Assembly (NCBI GenBank): GCA_002269645.1
Contig: NIVC01001542.1
Coordinates: 44,815 to 108,814 of the forward strand
From: Macrostomum lignano
Taxonomy: Eukaryota
Direction: 5' to 3'
Length of the DNA: 64,000 bases
This document shows, in pieces, positions 12,317 through 25,538 of the stretch; position 1 is the first letter of the stretch, and every line of letters starts with the position of its first letter. The notes below the pieces were generated by a model. The model saw only the letters and a list, made by a program, of their open reading frames with translations. It did not search any database and was not told the origin of the DNA. Both the position numbers and the translations under genes were made by a program.

Positions 12317-13063
12317 ATGGATGGATGAATGAATGGATGAATGAATGGATGAATGGATGGACGGATGGATGGATGAATGGATGGATGAATGGACGGATGG
12401 ATGGATGAATGGATGGATGGATGAATGGATGGATGGATGGATGGATGGACGGATGGATGGATGAATGGATGGATGGATAGATGGATTGGATGGATGGATG
12501 GATGGATAGATGGATTGGATGGATGGATGGATCAATCGCGAGTTTAATTAATTAATTGTCAAAGTCTACTAGTAAAAATCGATTAATTGATTGATTGATA
12601 CTCGGATTGTGTGCACTTGCGCGCCTAAGAATTAGCTCTCATACCGCGCACCAACTTGCAGAAGGACCGAATACTTGGCGGCTGTTACCAGAGCAGCGAC
12701 AAGAAACGGCTGTGCGAAGGTCCGGACGGAACCGGTGCCTGCGAATTCTGCTCTACGAACGAGTGCAACAAGCCGTCCGGTCGAATTCTGCGCGAACTGC
12801 AGGCTCATCAGGCTGCAGGCAGGGGCCATGGCCCGTCTGCAGGCTCAAATGCGGGTCCAGCAAATCATGCATCTGGTTCCACCGGTTTCCAGCCGATCCC
12901 TCAAGAACCAACAAAGCCGCCAGAACCCATTGACTTGACGCTGTACATGGATCCAGATCTGAGCTTTGCCCCAGAAGAAGTAACTCAGGCGGCTGTAGCC
13001 ACTGGCGGATCGCCTCGAAGCGTTCTGGTTGTTGCTACAATCTTGTTAAGTCGGTGCCTCTGA
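10575..13063 (+). CDS. Ly6/uPAR (three-finger)-like protein with two LU-like domains and a probable GPI signal (305 aa)
   Basis: Exons 10575-10647, 10742-10959, 11379-11603, 12662-13063, with consistent phases 1,0,0. Signal peptide [25 protein letters not shown]; two C..C....CN motifs ([20 protein letters not shown]); hydrophobic C-terminus [14 protein letters not shown]. Confidence 0.75.
11017..11190. repeat. 41-bp tandem repeat x4 in Ly6-like intron 2
   Basis: The motif AGA(G/T)GTGATGCTCTG recurs at 11017, 11058, 11100, 11141 and 11182. Confidence 0.85.
11610..12532. repeat. (TGGA)n microsatellite filling Ly6-like intron 3
   Basis: Starts immediately after the donor GTAGGT at 11604. Confidence 0.97.
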
Positions 13064-13687
13064 TCTGATCGCGCTATATATGAACCGCTACATCACTATA
13101 GGCTTAAACTACACAGTACACTTGCTTAGTATACGTTTAAATCTCGTAAAGAAGGACTAAAAATGCATTCATAGCATGCATGTACAGTGGCAGAAGATTG
13201 GCGTCTTGACGGCCTCTCTAATCTAGACTATATTTATAAGCATTTAGCTTACCTCGAGATTATTTATTATTCTGGTAATTCAACTTAAAATGCTTATGTT
13301 GCGCACGCGTACCTTGATATGCATTCAGCAAGCCAAAACTTTGAGAATACTCAAAAATAATTGCTAAAGTATATGTACCCAAGGATTGTTTTTAGGCTTG
13401 CGGGAAAACTTTTTTGAATCACATCCCTAAACCGGTATACTAAGAGTACATGTATACGGTTACTGTGATGTACGTTATAAAACTTACATGTGGAAATGTT
13501 GATCAAGTCTGAATCAACGGACACCAAAAACGTAAAATAGTAATTTTTATTTAAAATTCTTGTGTCTGCAAACGACTGATATGCATGTTTGGAGAGAAAA
13601 AAATCATGTAATATATACATACTTTGCATGCATGACAAGAGAATTTCCTTTCGGACAATGTATTCATTATGTAGATTCATGATACAT

Positions 13688-13747
<60 letters not shown>

Positions 13748-13880
13748 TTAAATGAATATTAATATAAAATAATTGATAATGCCTGCCCATGGAGAAGATG
13801 TTAAACCCCGACGGCTTAGCCGCAGCTATTGCGCAACGCATCTGAAGGCTGCGTACGGCTGTTCAGTCCAAGGACTGGGG
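13688..13880 (-). mobile_element. 5'-truncated SINE/LINE 3' tail ending in (TTA)n
   Basis: The reverse complement matches 8895-8995 (43-bp exact core CCCCAGTCCTTGGACTGAACAGCCGTACGCAGCCTTCAGATGC), followed by a (TAA)n run at 13688-13745. Confidence 0.65.
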
Positions 13881-14883
13881 CCGGTCTAAGGTACCCCACT
13901 AGTAAAGGCTATGTACAGCCTACAAGGTCCCATTAGGCCATAGTTAGCTTGAATTTGTCTTATAAGTCCAATTGAGGTGCACAGATATTATGAACCGATC
14001 GTATTACTAGTACTAAAGCTAAAATTGAAAATTCGGCAGCGTTTACAGTGTCTTTTCTTAGATACTGCACACTTCTACATAACACTTTTGTTATAGTTAT
14101 GAGGCTTTTTAGATAAAATCCGTGGGAACTGCACGAACGAACTCGAATTCGTTGGCAGCTTTTATACAGACCCTGTGAACTGCACGAACGAACTCGAATT
14201 TAATATTTGGCGGCCGGTCCGCAAGTAGTTCAACTCAAACAACTTAGGCTAAGTCCTAAGAGTTGCATCTTGAGGATTTTTTATATTAAACCAACCAAGT
14301 CTATATTGTAGTTGACATAATTTTTGCTTCACTTCAAAATTGCTTCATTTCATGGTAGGCTTAGGCTAGGTGCATAGCTTGGCTGAGAACCAGTTATTTT
14401 GGTGACAGTTCAGTGACAGTCACTTCTATGCCTGCCCTGGCTTTTGCTTTTTTGCCTTTTGAAATTATTAATTACGGGGTTAAGGGCATAAGCTTTAGAC
14501 CAATAGCAATGGTTAGACCTATGCAGGCCTAATGGAATGGGCTAGGTTTTTTTGTCACCCTAGCGCCTAGACAAGGTGCAAAATTGCTTGCACCTTATGC
14601 CTAATTTTAACTTTCAAGGTGCAATTTTAAGGTTCAGAGTGCAATTTCTCTTTTTTCTTGTTTTTTTTCTTTTTTTAAAATAGACCTAGTGCAAGTGAGG
14701 CTTAAAAGGAAAAAAGGTTATGTTATGAGACTACACCTAAAGTAAACCATACACTTTTTCAATTTTAGGGTGTGATTTCAAAATTTAGAGTGCCTACATA
14801 CTGTGCACAAAAACCTAGCTAGGCCCTAGGCCTAATGTTTACAATTTACAAATGGCCTTGTTTCATTATCCTGACCTAAGCTA

Positions 14884-15354
14884 CCATAGCTGGGAAGGTG
14901 GCAGTTTTTGGTGAATTTTCCAGCGCAAATTGGCCCTTTTTTTTGGCACACACAGCGCACACAGGGTACAAGGAAAAATTGGAAATGCTCTGGTGGCGCA
15001 CATGGCGCATGGTGCTGAAAAAATATATAGTTACACTTCGTTATACTTAGCAAAATATATAGTGTCAGGCCTAATTCCATAATTTAAAATAAAATATTAT
15101 ACTATCAAAGAGTACTAAAATTAGGTAAATCATGATATAAAATATGTAAATGAAATTCAAATTTGTCTACCATAAATTCACATTTGTTTACCAGTGAATT
15201 ATTAATTACCTTACCTTGGCTTACCTTACCTTAGACTTACCTTATCATGGCGCGCTGCGGCGCACAATATATTTTCTTCACGGCGCACGGCACACAGTGC
15301 TCAAAAGCCATCAAAATAGTTCCGGCGCACACTATGCCACCTTCCCAACTATGG
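14884..15354. mobile_element. hAT-like MITE, 471 bp
   Basis: 20-bp TIR CCATAG(C/T)TGGGAAGGTGGCA and a perfect 8-bp TSD CTAAGCTA (14876-14883, 15355-15362). Confidence 0.85.
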
Positions 15355-15482
15355 CTAAGCTATACTTTTATAGTTATAAGATATATTAAATTTAGTTTCA
15401 AATTATATAGGCCTATGACTGACTAGTCTGACTTCTAAGTTCTAAAGTTTAAGTAAGCCCATATGGCAAATAAAGTGAATAC

Positions 15483-15889
15483 TAGAGGTCAGATAGGATC
15501 TTGATCCCAAACCCAAAATCTTAGGATCCTGAGGAAAATTGGATTCCTGTGGGACTAGAATCTTGACCTTAAAAAACAAGAATTGAAAACAGGTCTTTTG
15601 ATTAAAAATTTATAGAATTAGTGATTACTTAAAAGTATTTTGTTTTATCTTGTACTCATTACATTATTACTTTGTTGGTTACAAAACTTTGCATCAATTT
15701 TGTTGTGTTTTACTTTTTGATCTTGACATTTTTTGCTTAAATTTGTTTAACTTTTTTGGGCCTATGAGCTACAATACACTAAAGGACCTGATCCCCACTC
15801 CTGAATCTTGATCCCAATCCCAATCCCAAGAAAAAAATTATTCCCTATCCCAATCTTGCCCAAAAAAAATTTATCCTTTCTGACCTCTA
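15483..15889. mobile_element. hAT-like MITE, 407 bp
   Basis: TIR TAGAGGTCAGA(T/A)AGGA; 8-bp TSD GTGAATAC/GTGAATAT (7/8 match). Confidence 0.75.
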
Positions 15890-15957
15890 GTGAATATAGT
15901 CAAAGTTGTCATTCAAAATAATTGTATAATAATATCATGATCAATGATTTGAATTCC

Positions 15958-16521
15958 AGTTGTTTTGCCCCCAAACTGTTTTGGCCATGGACATTCCCCC
16001 CCCCCCTATACCAATTTGCCCATAGTCCATTTCACCCATAAACCAGTTTGGCTATATGTAGGCATTTTGGCCAAAATAGTGATTATTTAATTTAGAGATA
16101 CAGCCATACGTGCATCTTTCTTTTCTTTTTTCAATGTAATTTTTAGTTTTAAAGTGTAAAAAATGATGATCTGAATTGTTGCTACAACAATTGTGTTATT
16201 GCAATTTTGTTTATTACAATTGTAAATAATACAAGTTTTTTAAAAGTCATTCCTTTTGAAAGTGTGACAATTAAAGCCAGTTTGAATAGCTGAGAATGAG
16301 AAAGGGTTTTGGTTACAGCAAGGTAAAGCCAGAAATACAAAAGGAATAAGATTTGTCACCAAAATTGAAAATCAAAGCACAGAGTTTAAAACTATAAAGT
16401 TTAAAAATGGTCCATGGCTGAAATGGTCTATAGACAAAACAGTCTGGGCAAAACAGTCTGTGGGCAAAATGGTATAGGAGCAAAATGTCCATGGCCAAAA
16501 TAGTTTATAGGCAAAACAACT
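15958..16521. mobile_element. MITE/foldback element with ~40-bp TIRs
   Basis: AGTTGTTTTGCCC..AAACTGTTTTGGCCATGGACATT is mirrored at 16485-16521. TSD not resolved. Confidence 0.55.
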
Positions 16522-17885
16522 AATTATCAGTGATTTGACCAAATCAATAGAAAGTCCTAGGCCTATGTAATAAGACTAAACTAAACATTTAAATATGATG
16601 ACTTTGACTATAAGAAAAATAGGCCAACATTTTTAATGAAATTAAATTATTAATGTCTTGATATTTGTATTTGTGTTAGCCTCCCCTATCTTCAAATTAT
16701 TTTTGCCAATTTAAATATTTATAAGGTTATATTATGTATGGAAGGTCTCTTTTTATTCTTTATTTAACAAAAAATTATAAAACTTTAATGCATTTTAAAT
16801 CTAGGCAAATCTAAGATAAACTTTTTGTTTAACTATTTGTATTTCCCAAAATATTTTCCCAATTTAATTTTTGTTTTAAATAGTTAAAAAATAATATAAA
16901 TAGACAAACTTTTGATGAAGAAAAGACAACTTGTCTTGACTGGTTCAAGCTTCAAATCAGCTTTCAATCCTTTATGGTTAGTTGAAAAATCTATTAGGGC
17001 TAGGCCTAGTAGTATATAAAAATGAAAACTTTTATTATTTTAATACAGAATAGTTTAATATTGCAAAACTTTAAAACTAAAAATCAGTTAATATGGAATA
17101 TAGCATTTTTTGTTTAGAAAAGTGGTTATATATACTCAGCAACATATTAAAGTTTTCACCCCAAAGCCAATGGTCAACTTCTGAATTATTCATCAGTTGA
17201 ATAATGAATAAATAAATAAATAAATTAATTCTTATTATTAATACAATAATATCAGTTTATTTTTCTTCATATCAACTTGATTGCAAAATTAGGCCATATA
17301 AGCCTGCAGATTTAGTGTGAACTGCATCACCCGGGTCTAAGATCTGAGAAAACTTGACCACTAGTTTTGAGGTAAAAACATTAACATATAAATTTTAAAA
17401 TAAAAATGTTTATCTTCAGTTTGTAGGAAACTGTCATAGATTTAAATGACCTCTTTTTTAAAAAAACACTTGTTTGAGTTAAATGACCTTTTTAGGGAAA
17501 ACTTTGATAAGGACTTCACTCAGTAAGGGTCCTATGTATAGGCCCATGACTTGCCAATATGCATGCAAAAGGCAAATTCAAATATGAAAGAATTTGATAC
17601 TTTTGTCTTGTAAGTTTCAATGATAAACAATTCTATCTTACTATATTATGTAATGTTTTGTTATATTGCTTAAAAATTAAACTTTCCATAAAGTGCTAAT
17701 ATTTGATTCTATTCATTTAGACAGAACACAAAGATTTATAAAACACAAAGCAGTTGTTATAATTTATTACTCTCTGGCATTAGTGTGAGTTTAATTAAAT
17801 TTAATGTACTCTATGTAATCAATTTCAGCTAGTCAAAATTAGCAGCCCTTAGCAGCTCTCAATCAGCTCACAGAGAAAGCAAATC

Positions 17886-19483
17886 ATGTCACAGTCTGCT
17901 ACCAGAAAAAGCAATTCGTCTTTAGTCCTGACAGCATCTGCACCACCTGATGGAGTGTTTCAGGTTGGCATTTTCTTTAACTATTATCATATCTGAGGCC
18001 TAGTGGGCGTACTAATTGTACTAATTGTACTAATTGTACTTTATTGTACTTCAATTGCCTTCCTCAGAGTGCCAAAGTGTTCGAAGCCATTCGCGCTGGC
18101 CTAGCCGAAGAGGGCAAAGAACTTGTGAACCGAATCAAGGGCGTCTTCGCCTTCAAGGTTACTGGGGGCAGGGATGGCGCTGAAGGACTTTGGATTGTTG
18201 ACTGCAAAACTGGCACCGGCTCTGTGGAGTTTGGCGGGAAAGGTGAGTGAGTCCATTGGATTCTCCTTTATTGCTGGGCCACCCTCCCAGATCCTCGGTT
18301 GCTGGGCCAGCCTCCAAGATCCTCCTTTATTGCTAGACCAGCCTCCAAGATTCTCCTTTATTGCTAGACCAGCCTCCAAGATTCTCCTTTATTGCTAGAC
18401 CAGCCTCCAAGATCCTCCTTTATTGCTAGACCAGCCTCCAAGATTCTCCTTTATTGCTAGACCAGCCTCCAAGATCCTCCTTTATTGCTAGACCAGCCTC
18501 CCAGATCCTCCTTTATTGCTAGACCAGCCTCCAAGATTCTCCTTTATTGCTAGACCAGCCTCCAAGATCCTCCTTTATTGCTAGACCAGCCTCCAAGATC
18601 CTCCTTTATTGCTAGACCAGCCTCCAAGATTCTCCTTTATTGCTAGACCAGCCTCCAAGATCCTCCTTTATTGCTAGACCAGCCTCCAAGATCCTCCTTT
18701 ATTGCTAGACCAGCCTCCAAGATCCTCCTTTATTGCTAGACCAGCCTCCAAGATTCTCCTTTATTGCTAGACCAGCCTCCAAGATCCTCCTTTATTGCTA
18801 GACCAGCCTCCAAGATTCTCCTTTATTGCTAGACCAGCCTCCAAGATCCTCCTTTATTGCTAGACCAGCCTCCAAGATCCTCCTTTATTGCTAGACCAGC
18901 CTCCAAGATTCTCCTTTATTGCTAGACCAGCCTCCAAGATTCTCCTTTATTGCTAGACCAGCCTCCCAGATCCTCAGTTGCTGGGCCAGCCTCCCAGATT
19001 CCCAGTTGCTTGGGCAGCCTTCCAGATCCTCAGTTGCTTGGGCAGCCTACCAGAGTGTCAGTTGCTGGGCCAACTTCCTAGACCTGTTGCTGGGCCACCC
19101 GCCTCCCAGATCCTCAGTTGCTGAGCCACCAGCCTCTCAAATCCTGTTGCTGGGCCACCAGCCTCTCAGAACCCCTGTTGCTGGGCCACCAGCCTCCCAG
19201 ATCCCCTATTGTTGGGCCACCAGTCTCCCAGATCTCCTGGGTCCAGTGACCAGCGCAGATCCATACTGCTGCACCATACTAGGTAACAATTGAAGGTGAA
19301 ACCTGTCCCGCAGGCAAGCCAGACGTGACCCTCACCATCAGCGACGTGGACCTGCTGCAGCTCATGAGCGGCAGGCTCAACCCCCAGCAGGCCTTCTTCA
19401 CTGGCCGATTAAAACTGCAAGGCAACATGGGGCTGGGCATGCGGCTCAAGGAGTTTCAGACGAAATTGTCTGGAAAGCTCTGA
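17886..19483 (+). CDS. SCP2: Stand-alone sterol carrier protein 2 domain protein (140 aa)
   Basis: Exons 17886-17963, 18068-18242, 19314-19483 (phases 0,1). Motifs FQSAKVFEAI, WIVDCK, DVTLTISD.DL..LMSG.LNPQQAFFTGRLKLQGNMGL; C-terminal GKL. Confidence 0.85.
18258..19235. repeat. 31-bp minisatellite (CTCCTTTATTGCTAGACCAGCCTCCAAGAT(C/T)) in SCP2 intron 2
   Basis: Homogeneous to ~18965, degenerate afterwards. Confidence 0.95.
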
Positions 19484-19901
19484 GCTTTAAAGCTTTTGTC
19501 CATCCTGATATTGACTGCCAGGTGGCTAGGTGCTTCAATCTAGAACTGATCCTTAGTGCGCATAATCATAGCAATAAGTTTAGTCTTTAAACTACTCACA
19601 ACCCTTTCAAGAGATTTTTCCCGCTTTTTTTAATTTTGATTTTACAAGTTTTTTACACAAACTGTCTCGTGTTTAAATTAATTTTCAATTTTCAGTGCAG
19701 TCAGTATTGTACACTCGTATTCATTTTGCTTATTTAAGGTCAAGGCAACTTCTGTTTTGAAATAAATATGATTGATTTTAAATGATTTTACTATTGATTG
19801 ATGTCCGTATGTTTCCTGTGTGGGCTTGGTGTATTTTTGTAGGTTCCCTATTAATATCCTAAATGCAAACATAATCTACTATTGAGCATCTAAATTCGGA
19901 T

Positions 19902-21168
19902 TAGACACTCAGATAATCTCATTTAAAATCCACCCAGACACTCAGATAATCCCCCATCCAAAATCTGCCAGACACTCAGATAATCTCCCATCCAAAATCC
20001 GCCAGACACTCAGATAATCTCCCATCCAAAATCTGCCAGACACTCAGATAATCTCCTATCCAAAATCCGCCAGACACTCAGATAATCTCCCATCCAAAAT
20101 CTGCCAGACACTCAGATAATCTCCCATCCAAAATCCGCCAGACACTCAGATAATCTCCCATCCAAAATCTGCCAGACACTCAGATAATCTCCCATCCAAA
20201 ATCCGCCAGACACTCAGATAATCTCCCATCAAAGTCGCCCTAGACACTCAGATAATCTCATTTAAAATCCACCCAGACACTCAGATAATCTCCCATCCAA
20301 AATCTGCCAGACACTCAGATAATCTCCCATCCAAAATCCGCCAGACACTCAGATAATCTCCCATCCAAAATCTGCCAGACACTCAGATAATCTCCCATCC
20401 AAAATCCGCCAGACACTCAGATAATCTCCCATCAAAGTCGCCCTAGACACTCAGATAATCTCATTTAAAATCCACCCAGACACTCAGATAATCTCCCATC
20501 TAAAATCGCCCAGACACTCAGATAATCTCCCATCCAAAATCTGCCAGACACTCAGATAATCTCCCATCCAAAATCCGCCAGACACTCAGATAATCTCCCA
20601 TTAAAAATCGCCCTAGACACTCAGATAATCTCCCATCAAAGTCGCCCCAGACACTCAGATAATCTCCCATTAAAAATCCGCCAGACACTCAGATAATCTC
20701 CCATTTAAAATGCACCCATACACTCAGATAATCTCCCATCTAAAATCGCCCCAGACACTCAGATAATCTCCCATCCAAAATCCGCCAGACACTCAGATAA
20801 TCTCCCATCCAAAATCCGCCAGACACTCAGATAATCCCCATTAAAAATCGCCCCAGACACTCAATCTCATTTAAAATCCCAAACACTCAGACAATCTCTC
20901 ATTAAAAAAACGCCCTAAACACTCAGATAATCTCCCATCCAAAATCGCCCCAGACACTCGGATAATCTCCCATCCAAAATCGCCCGAGACACTCGGATAA
21001 TCTCCCATTAAAAATCGTCCCAGACACTCAGATAATCTCCCATTAAAAATCGCCCCAGACACTCAATCTCATTTTAAATCCCCTAAACACTGAGATAATC
21101 TCCCATTAAAAATCGCCCCCAACACTCAGATAATCTCCTATTAAAAATCGCTCCAGACACTCAGATAA
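19902..21168. repeat. 34-bp minisatellite (CAGACACTCAGATAATCTCCCATCCAAAATCCGC) between SCP2 and THOC5
   Basis: Tandem array ending ~30 bp before the AG preceding the THOC5 ATG. Confidence 0.95.
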
Positions 21169-21205
21169 TCTTTGGGGAAAACATTGCAGCAAAATTCAGG
21201 TTGCC

Positions 21206-24200
21206 ATGCCAACCAAAACGGACGCCTCGGCCGCAGCAGCTGGCACAGTCAAGCGAAAGATCTCTCGCAGATCAGCTGCACAGTCAACTACTGCTAGTAG
21301 TAATGCTAGTAGTAGTAGTGCAGCAGCTGCAACTCAGCCCGATGCTCCTGCAGCTAAGGTGACAGTAACTGAGGAACCAACGCCTAGCACAGCCAAGCCT
21401 GCAGTTAGCATCGATCCAATTAGAAAAGCATTCTTCTTTGAAGAGGAAGGCAGCGCTGGTATCGGCAGCGCAGATAACGATTGCACTGACGCAGCTGACA
21501 GAGACAGCAGCCCGCTTGTAGCTTTCATGGCTGTGAAAAACACCCTGCTAGCCCGCCTGTCTGAGGTGGCTCAGTTGAAAGCGAAGTCTGCCATGGAGTC
21601 AGCTGATCAAAGCCGTCTGGAAGCCCTGCGCACCGGCTGCATGACGGATCTGATGGTTATGAAGCGGCTGAATCGCGAGGCCCAGTTCCGATTGAAACGA
21701 GCCCGCGAGCTGACGGCCAGTTCTAAACTCGAAGCCGATTCGCGACATTTGCAATTGCAGAATTTATTGTACGAATGTCGGCATTTGCAAAGGGAAATCA
21801 CCAGATGTCAGGTTAGTTGATAGTTATAGTAGGTAAATTCGTATTTAGCATTTGTTTTTTAAAATAACAAAAAAACGGTGATAATATGGCCATTTTTTGT
21901 ATAGTAGGCTTGAGTAGTATAAAAAGCGTTTTGTGATAAAAATTATTTAAACTAATAAAAAAATTGCGCAATTTTCCTTTTCAGTAGTTTTAAGTAGTAG
22001 TATTAGCGTTTTTGTCGGAATCTTTTTCTTACTCAAAAAATTCTCCATTTTTCACCACTCTTTCAAGGACTTTCGCTCTCGCCACGAGACAATCACCCTG
22101 GCGCCATTGCATCAATTCGCTCGCGAATCTGGCGTCAATCCGGACGAACTGTCCGAGCACGAGTGCACTCTGGCCAGGCTGCGCTGGGAGCTCAAGCAGC
22201 GCGAACAGCTGGCTAAGCAACTCCGTGCCGGCAAACGAGAAGCTGCCGCTGTTCAGGCCGACATCGCCGAGAAGCGTCGTCGACTTCACTCGCTGGCGCC
22301 GCTGCTGGAGACGGTGGCCAAAGCGGCCGAGCCGGTGGAATCGGCGCTCGGTTTGGACTCCGGCCCAGGCGCCAGCGCCAATGCTCGATGGAAGGCCGAG
22401 TCTGCCGCTAAACTGCTGCCGGCGCCGCTGTACCTGCTCTACTGTCAGCTGAGCGCCTATGCTGACAGCGGCTGTCTAGGCGAGGATGATGCCGATAAAC
22501 CCCCTGCTATGCTGGTTAGTCTTAGTATTTTAATTACTAGTGCTGCGTTTGGTGCCGATATGTATCGAAAATTGGTTTTAAGTATAGTTGTCAATAATGC
22601 CGATATGTATCGAAATTATAATATATTTGTGAATAGTGCATATATATATCAGCGTCGATGCCGATATGTATCCAGGGTTTAATATCAGCGTCGATGATGC
22701 CGATATGTATCGAGGGTTTAATATCAGCGTCGATGGTGCCTATATGTATCGAGGGTTTAATATCATCGTCGATGGTGCCGATATGTATCGAGGGTTTAAT
22801 ATCATCGTCGATGGTGCCGATATGTATCGAAAATCGGATCTAATGTAAAAGTTGTCAGTGGAGCCGATATCCATCCGAAATTGGGTTTATTATCGTCGCC
22901 AATGGTGCCGATATGTATCGAAAATTATATTAAATAAATACATATATGGTTCCATATATATGTTCAATATAATTATTTAAACTAAATTATTTTTTCATTA
23001 TATGTATTGACTATTGAAACTGCATCAAATACTTTGCCGATATGTATCGAAAATTATATCATTTTTAGAATTCCTGTCGGTTTTTTATAAAAAATGTGTA
23101 GCTGCTGGTTTAAATTTGTTACTGGAACGTGTATACCGATATGTATCGAAAGGTAATCTAAATACACTAAATTTCACTAACTACCTTTCTACCATGTCAA
23201 TCGCAGGTTGAAATAATCGGCGATCAAGACGAAGCCGCTGCTATTCGTCAGGCCGAGCTTGACCGATTGAAATCGGCCAGCTCTGCAGACCCGACAAAGA
23301 CGGCCGGCTGCGGCGGCAAAGTCGGCAACAAAGACCCGGCCTTTGAAGATGAAGACGATGAAGAAGAAGAGCTGGCTAAAATCAAGAAGAAAAAGAAGAA
23401 GACAAAGAAAGACAAGATGAAATCTGGCAATAATTCCAAGAGTAAAAAGTCGGCCGGCAAGAGAGGCCACGATGAAGCTGATGATGAAGAAGAGGCTGGG
23501 ACTGACAGCGGCGCCGAGGAGTCGGCAGTCCGCCAGCTGCTCAGCCCGCACCCGCTGAGTGTCCGGCTGAGCCTGTCCGTGCCCAGCTGTCCGGACAGGC
23601 GCCTGTCGCTGCAGTTCTACTACCTGACCGGCTGCAGAGTTGTGACAGTGCGTCACGTGACTATTGAACCGGCGCCTGCGGCGTTTAGCTCTAAAAACTC
23701 GTTGATTATTGCTGATGACGCCGGCGGCACTGGGGCGGACAGCGACATGCAGCGCCTGCTGGACTGCCTGTACCCCGGCGACGATGCCCGACGGGCTCCC
23801 GGCTACGCCGTCAGGCACGCCCTTGGAGGCGTTGGCGATGATTTTCTCTGGCTCCGTCGGCGAGATGTCGGCCTGGCTTACGGCTGGGCCCAGCGGCTGG
23901 CCGGCATTGTCTGTCAGTGCGGGGCCGATAGCAACGGTAGGCCTACTTCTTTGTCAAGTAGATTTGCCGATATGTATCGAAAATTGTGTTTTTAATATAG
24001 GCGGACTACATTGCCGATATGTATCGAAAATTGTGTTTTTTATATAGGCCGACTAGATTGCCGATATGTATCGAAAATTGTGTTTTTAATATAGGCGGAC
24101 TACATTGACAATATTTATCGAAAATTGTGTTCTTAATAAACGCCGACTAAATTGCCGATATGTATCGAAAATTGTGTTTTTAATATAGGCGGACTACATT

Positions 24201-25538
24201 GCCGATATGTATCGAAAATTGTGTTCTTAATAAACGCCGACTAAATTGCCGATGTATCGAAAATTGTGTTTTTAATATAGACGCACTACATTGCCGATAT
24301 GTATCGAAAATTGTTTTTTAATATAGGCGGACTACATTGCCGATATGTATCGAAAATTGTGTTTTTTATATAGGCCGACTAGATTGCCGATATGTATCGA
24401 AAATTGTGTTTTTAATATAGGCGGACTACATTGACAATATTTATCGAAAATTGTGTTTTTAATAAACGCCGACTAAATTGCCGATATGTATCGAAAATTG
24501 TGTTTTTAATATAGACGCACTACATTGCCGATATGTATCGAAAATTGTGTTTTTAATAAACGCCGACTAAATTGCCGATATGTATCGAAAATTGTGTTTT
24601 TTATATAGGCGCACTACATTGCCGATATGTATCGACAATTGTGTTCTTAATATAGGCGCACTAAATTAACTATATTTATCGACAATTGTGTTCTTAATAT
24701 AGGCGCACTAAATTAACTATATTTATCGACAATTGTGTTCTTAATATAGGCGCACTACATTGACTATATTTATCGAGAATTATGATAATACGATTGAGCA
24801 GAATTGGCTGAAGCAGGGGGGGGGGACTGGCATTGGTCCGTACAGCAGTCAGTATAGAATAAGACCTAACATATGCCCCACCCCCTCCCCCCCGCTAACC
24901 TACTCCCAGCCTCAATCGATATCGTGCTGGACTCCAAGACGTCGTTTCGCGGCGTCGCCGATTGCGTTCGCCGGCTTCGACGTCGCGCCGATGCTCGCCT
25001 GCAGCTGCTGGCCCGGCTGGAGGACCTGACAGCCGGTCACTTAGCAACCAAACTGCCTGCGATTGGCCTGCCGCCCATCGCCAGTTGCACTTTGTCGCGT
25101 CCTTGGCAACGCATCAGCTACGACGCCTATTGCGAGTTGAGCTGCACAGCCAGGCTGCGGGAGCTCGCGCTGCCGTCAGATTTGTTCTTCTCCGCTGCCA
25201 TTCGCTGCAGTCAGCAGCGAATTGCCTTCCTGGCTCTGTGCGTGCCTGTTGACTATCCCGATCGTCTGCCACTGTTTGGCGTCGGTGTCGCTCCAGCCGC
25301 CGCCGCCGACAATCCCAGTTCGGCGATGCTCACCTGTTCGAGCGATCTGGAATTGCACGAGGTCGAGTCCGAGATCAATGTTCATCCGCTGGAGTTCCTG
25401 CCTGACGAAGCTGACAGGCAGAATGTTCTGCCTGTGCAACTGCACCGGCTGGCCCTGGCTCTGGAGATGTACTTTAAGCGGCATCAAAGCGGCGGTGCAA
25501 ACCCGCCGAATCGTTCCGGGCGACCTTATCGACCTTGA
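21206..25538 (+). CDS. THOC5: THO complex subunit 5 (FMIP) homolog, ~803 aa
   Basis: Exons 21206-21811, 22068-22514, 23207-23936, 24910-25538 (phases 0,0,1). Motifs MKRLNR...LQLQNLLYEC.HLQ.EI.RC.DFRSRH, LARL.WEL.QR, LP.PLYLLY.QL.AY, HPLSV.L, WAQRLAG. Confidence 0.88.
22553..22925. repeat. 39-bp repeats with GCCGATATGTATCG core in THOC5 intron 2
   Basis: Period 39 at 22661/22700; scattered cores extend to ~23150. Confidence 0.85.
23965..24780. repeat. 47-bp minisatellite with GCCGATATGTATCGAAAATTG core in THOC5 intron 3
   Basis: Period 47 (23966, 24013, ...). Confidence 0.92.

Noticed and set aside
11582-12535. 317-aa HPSI-repeat ORF and WMDG ORFs
   Set aside because: Translations of the (TGGA)n microsatellite in an intron.
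19902-21168. CRISPR-like regular repeats (also considered for the other 23-59 bp arrays)
   Set aside because: Units are directly adjacent with no unique spacers, there are no cas genes, and the context is eukaryotic.
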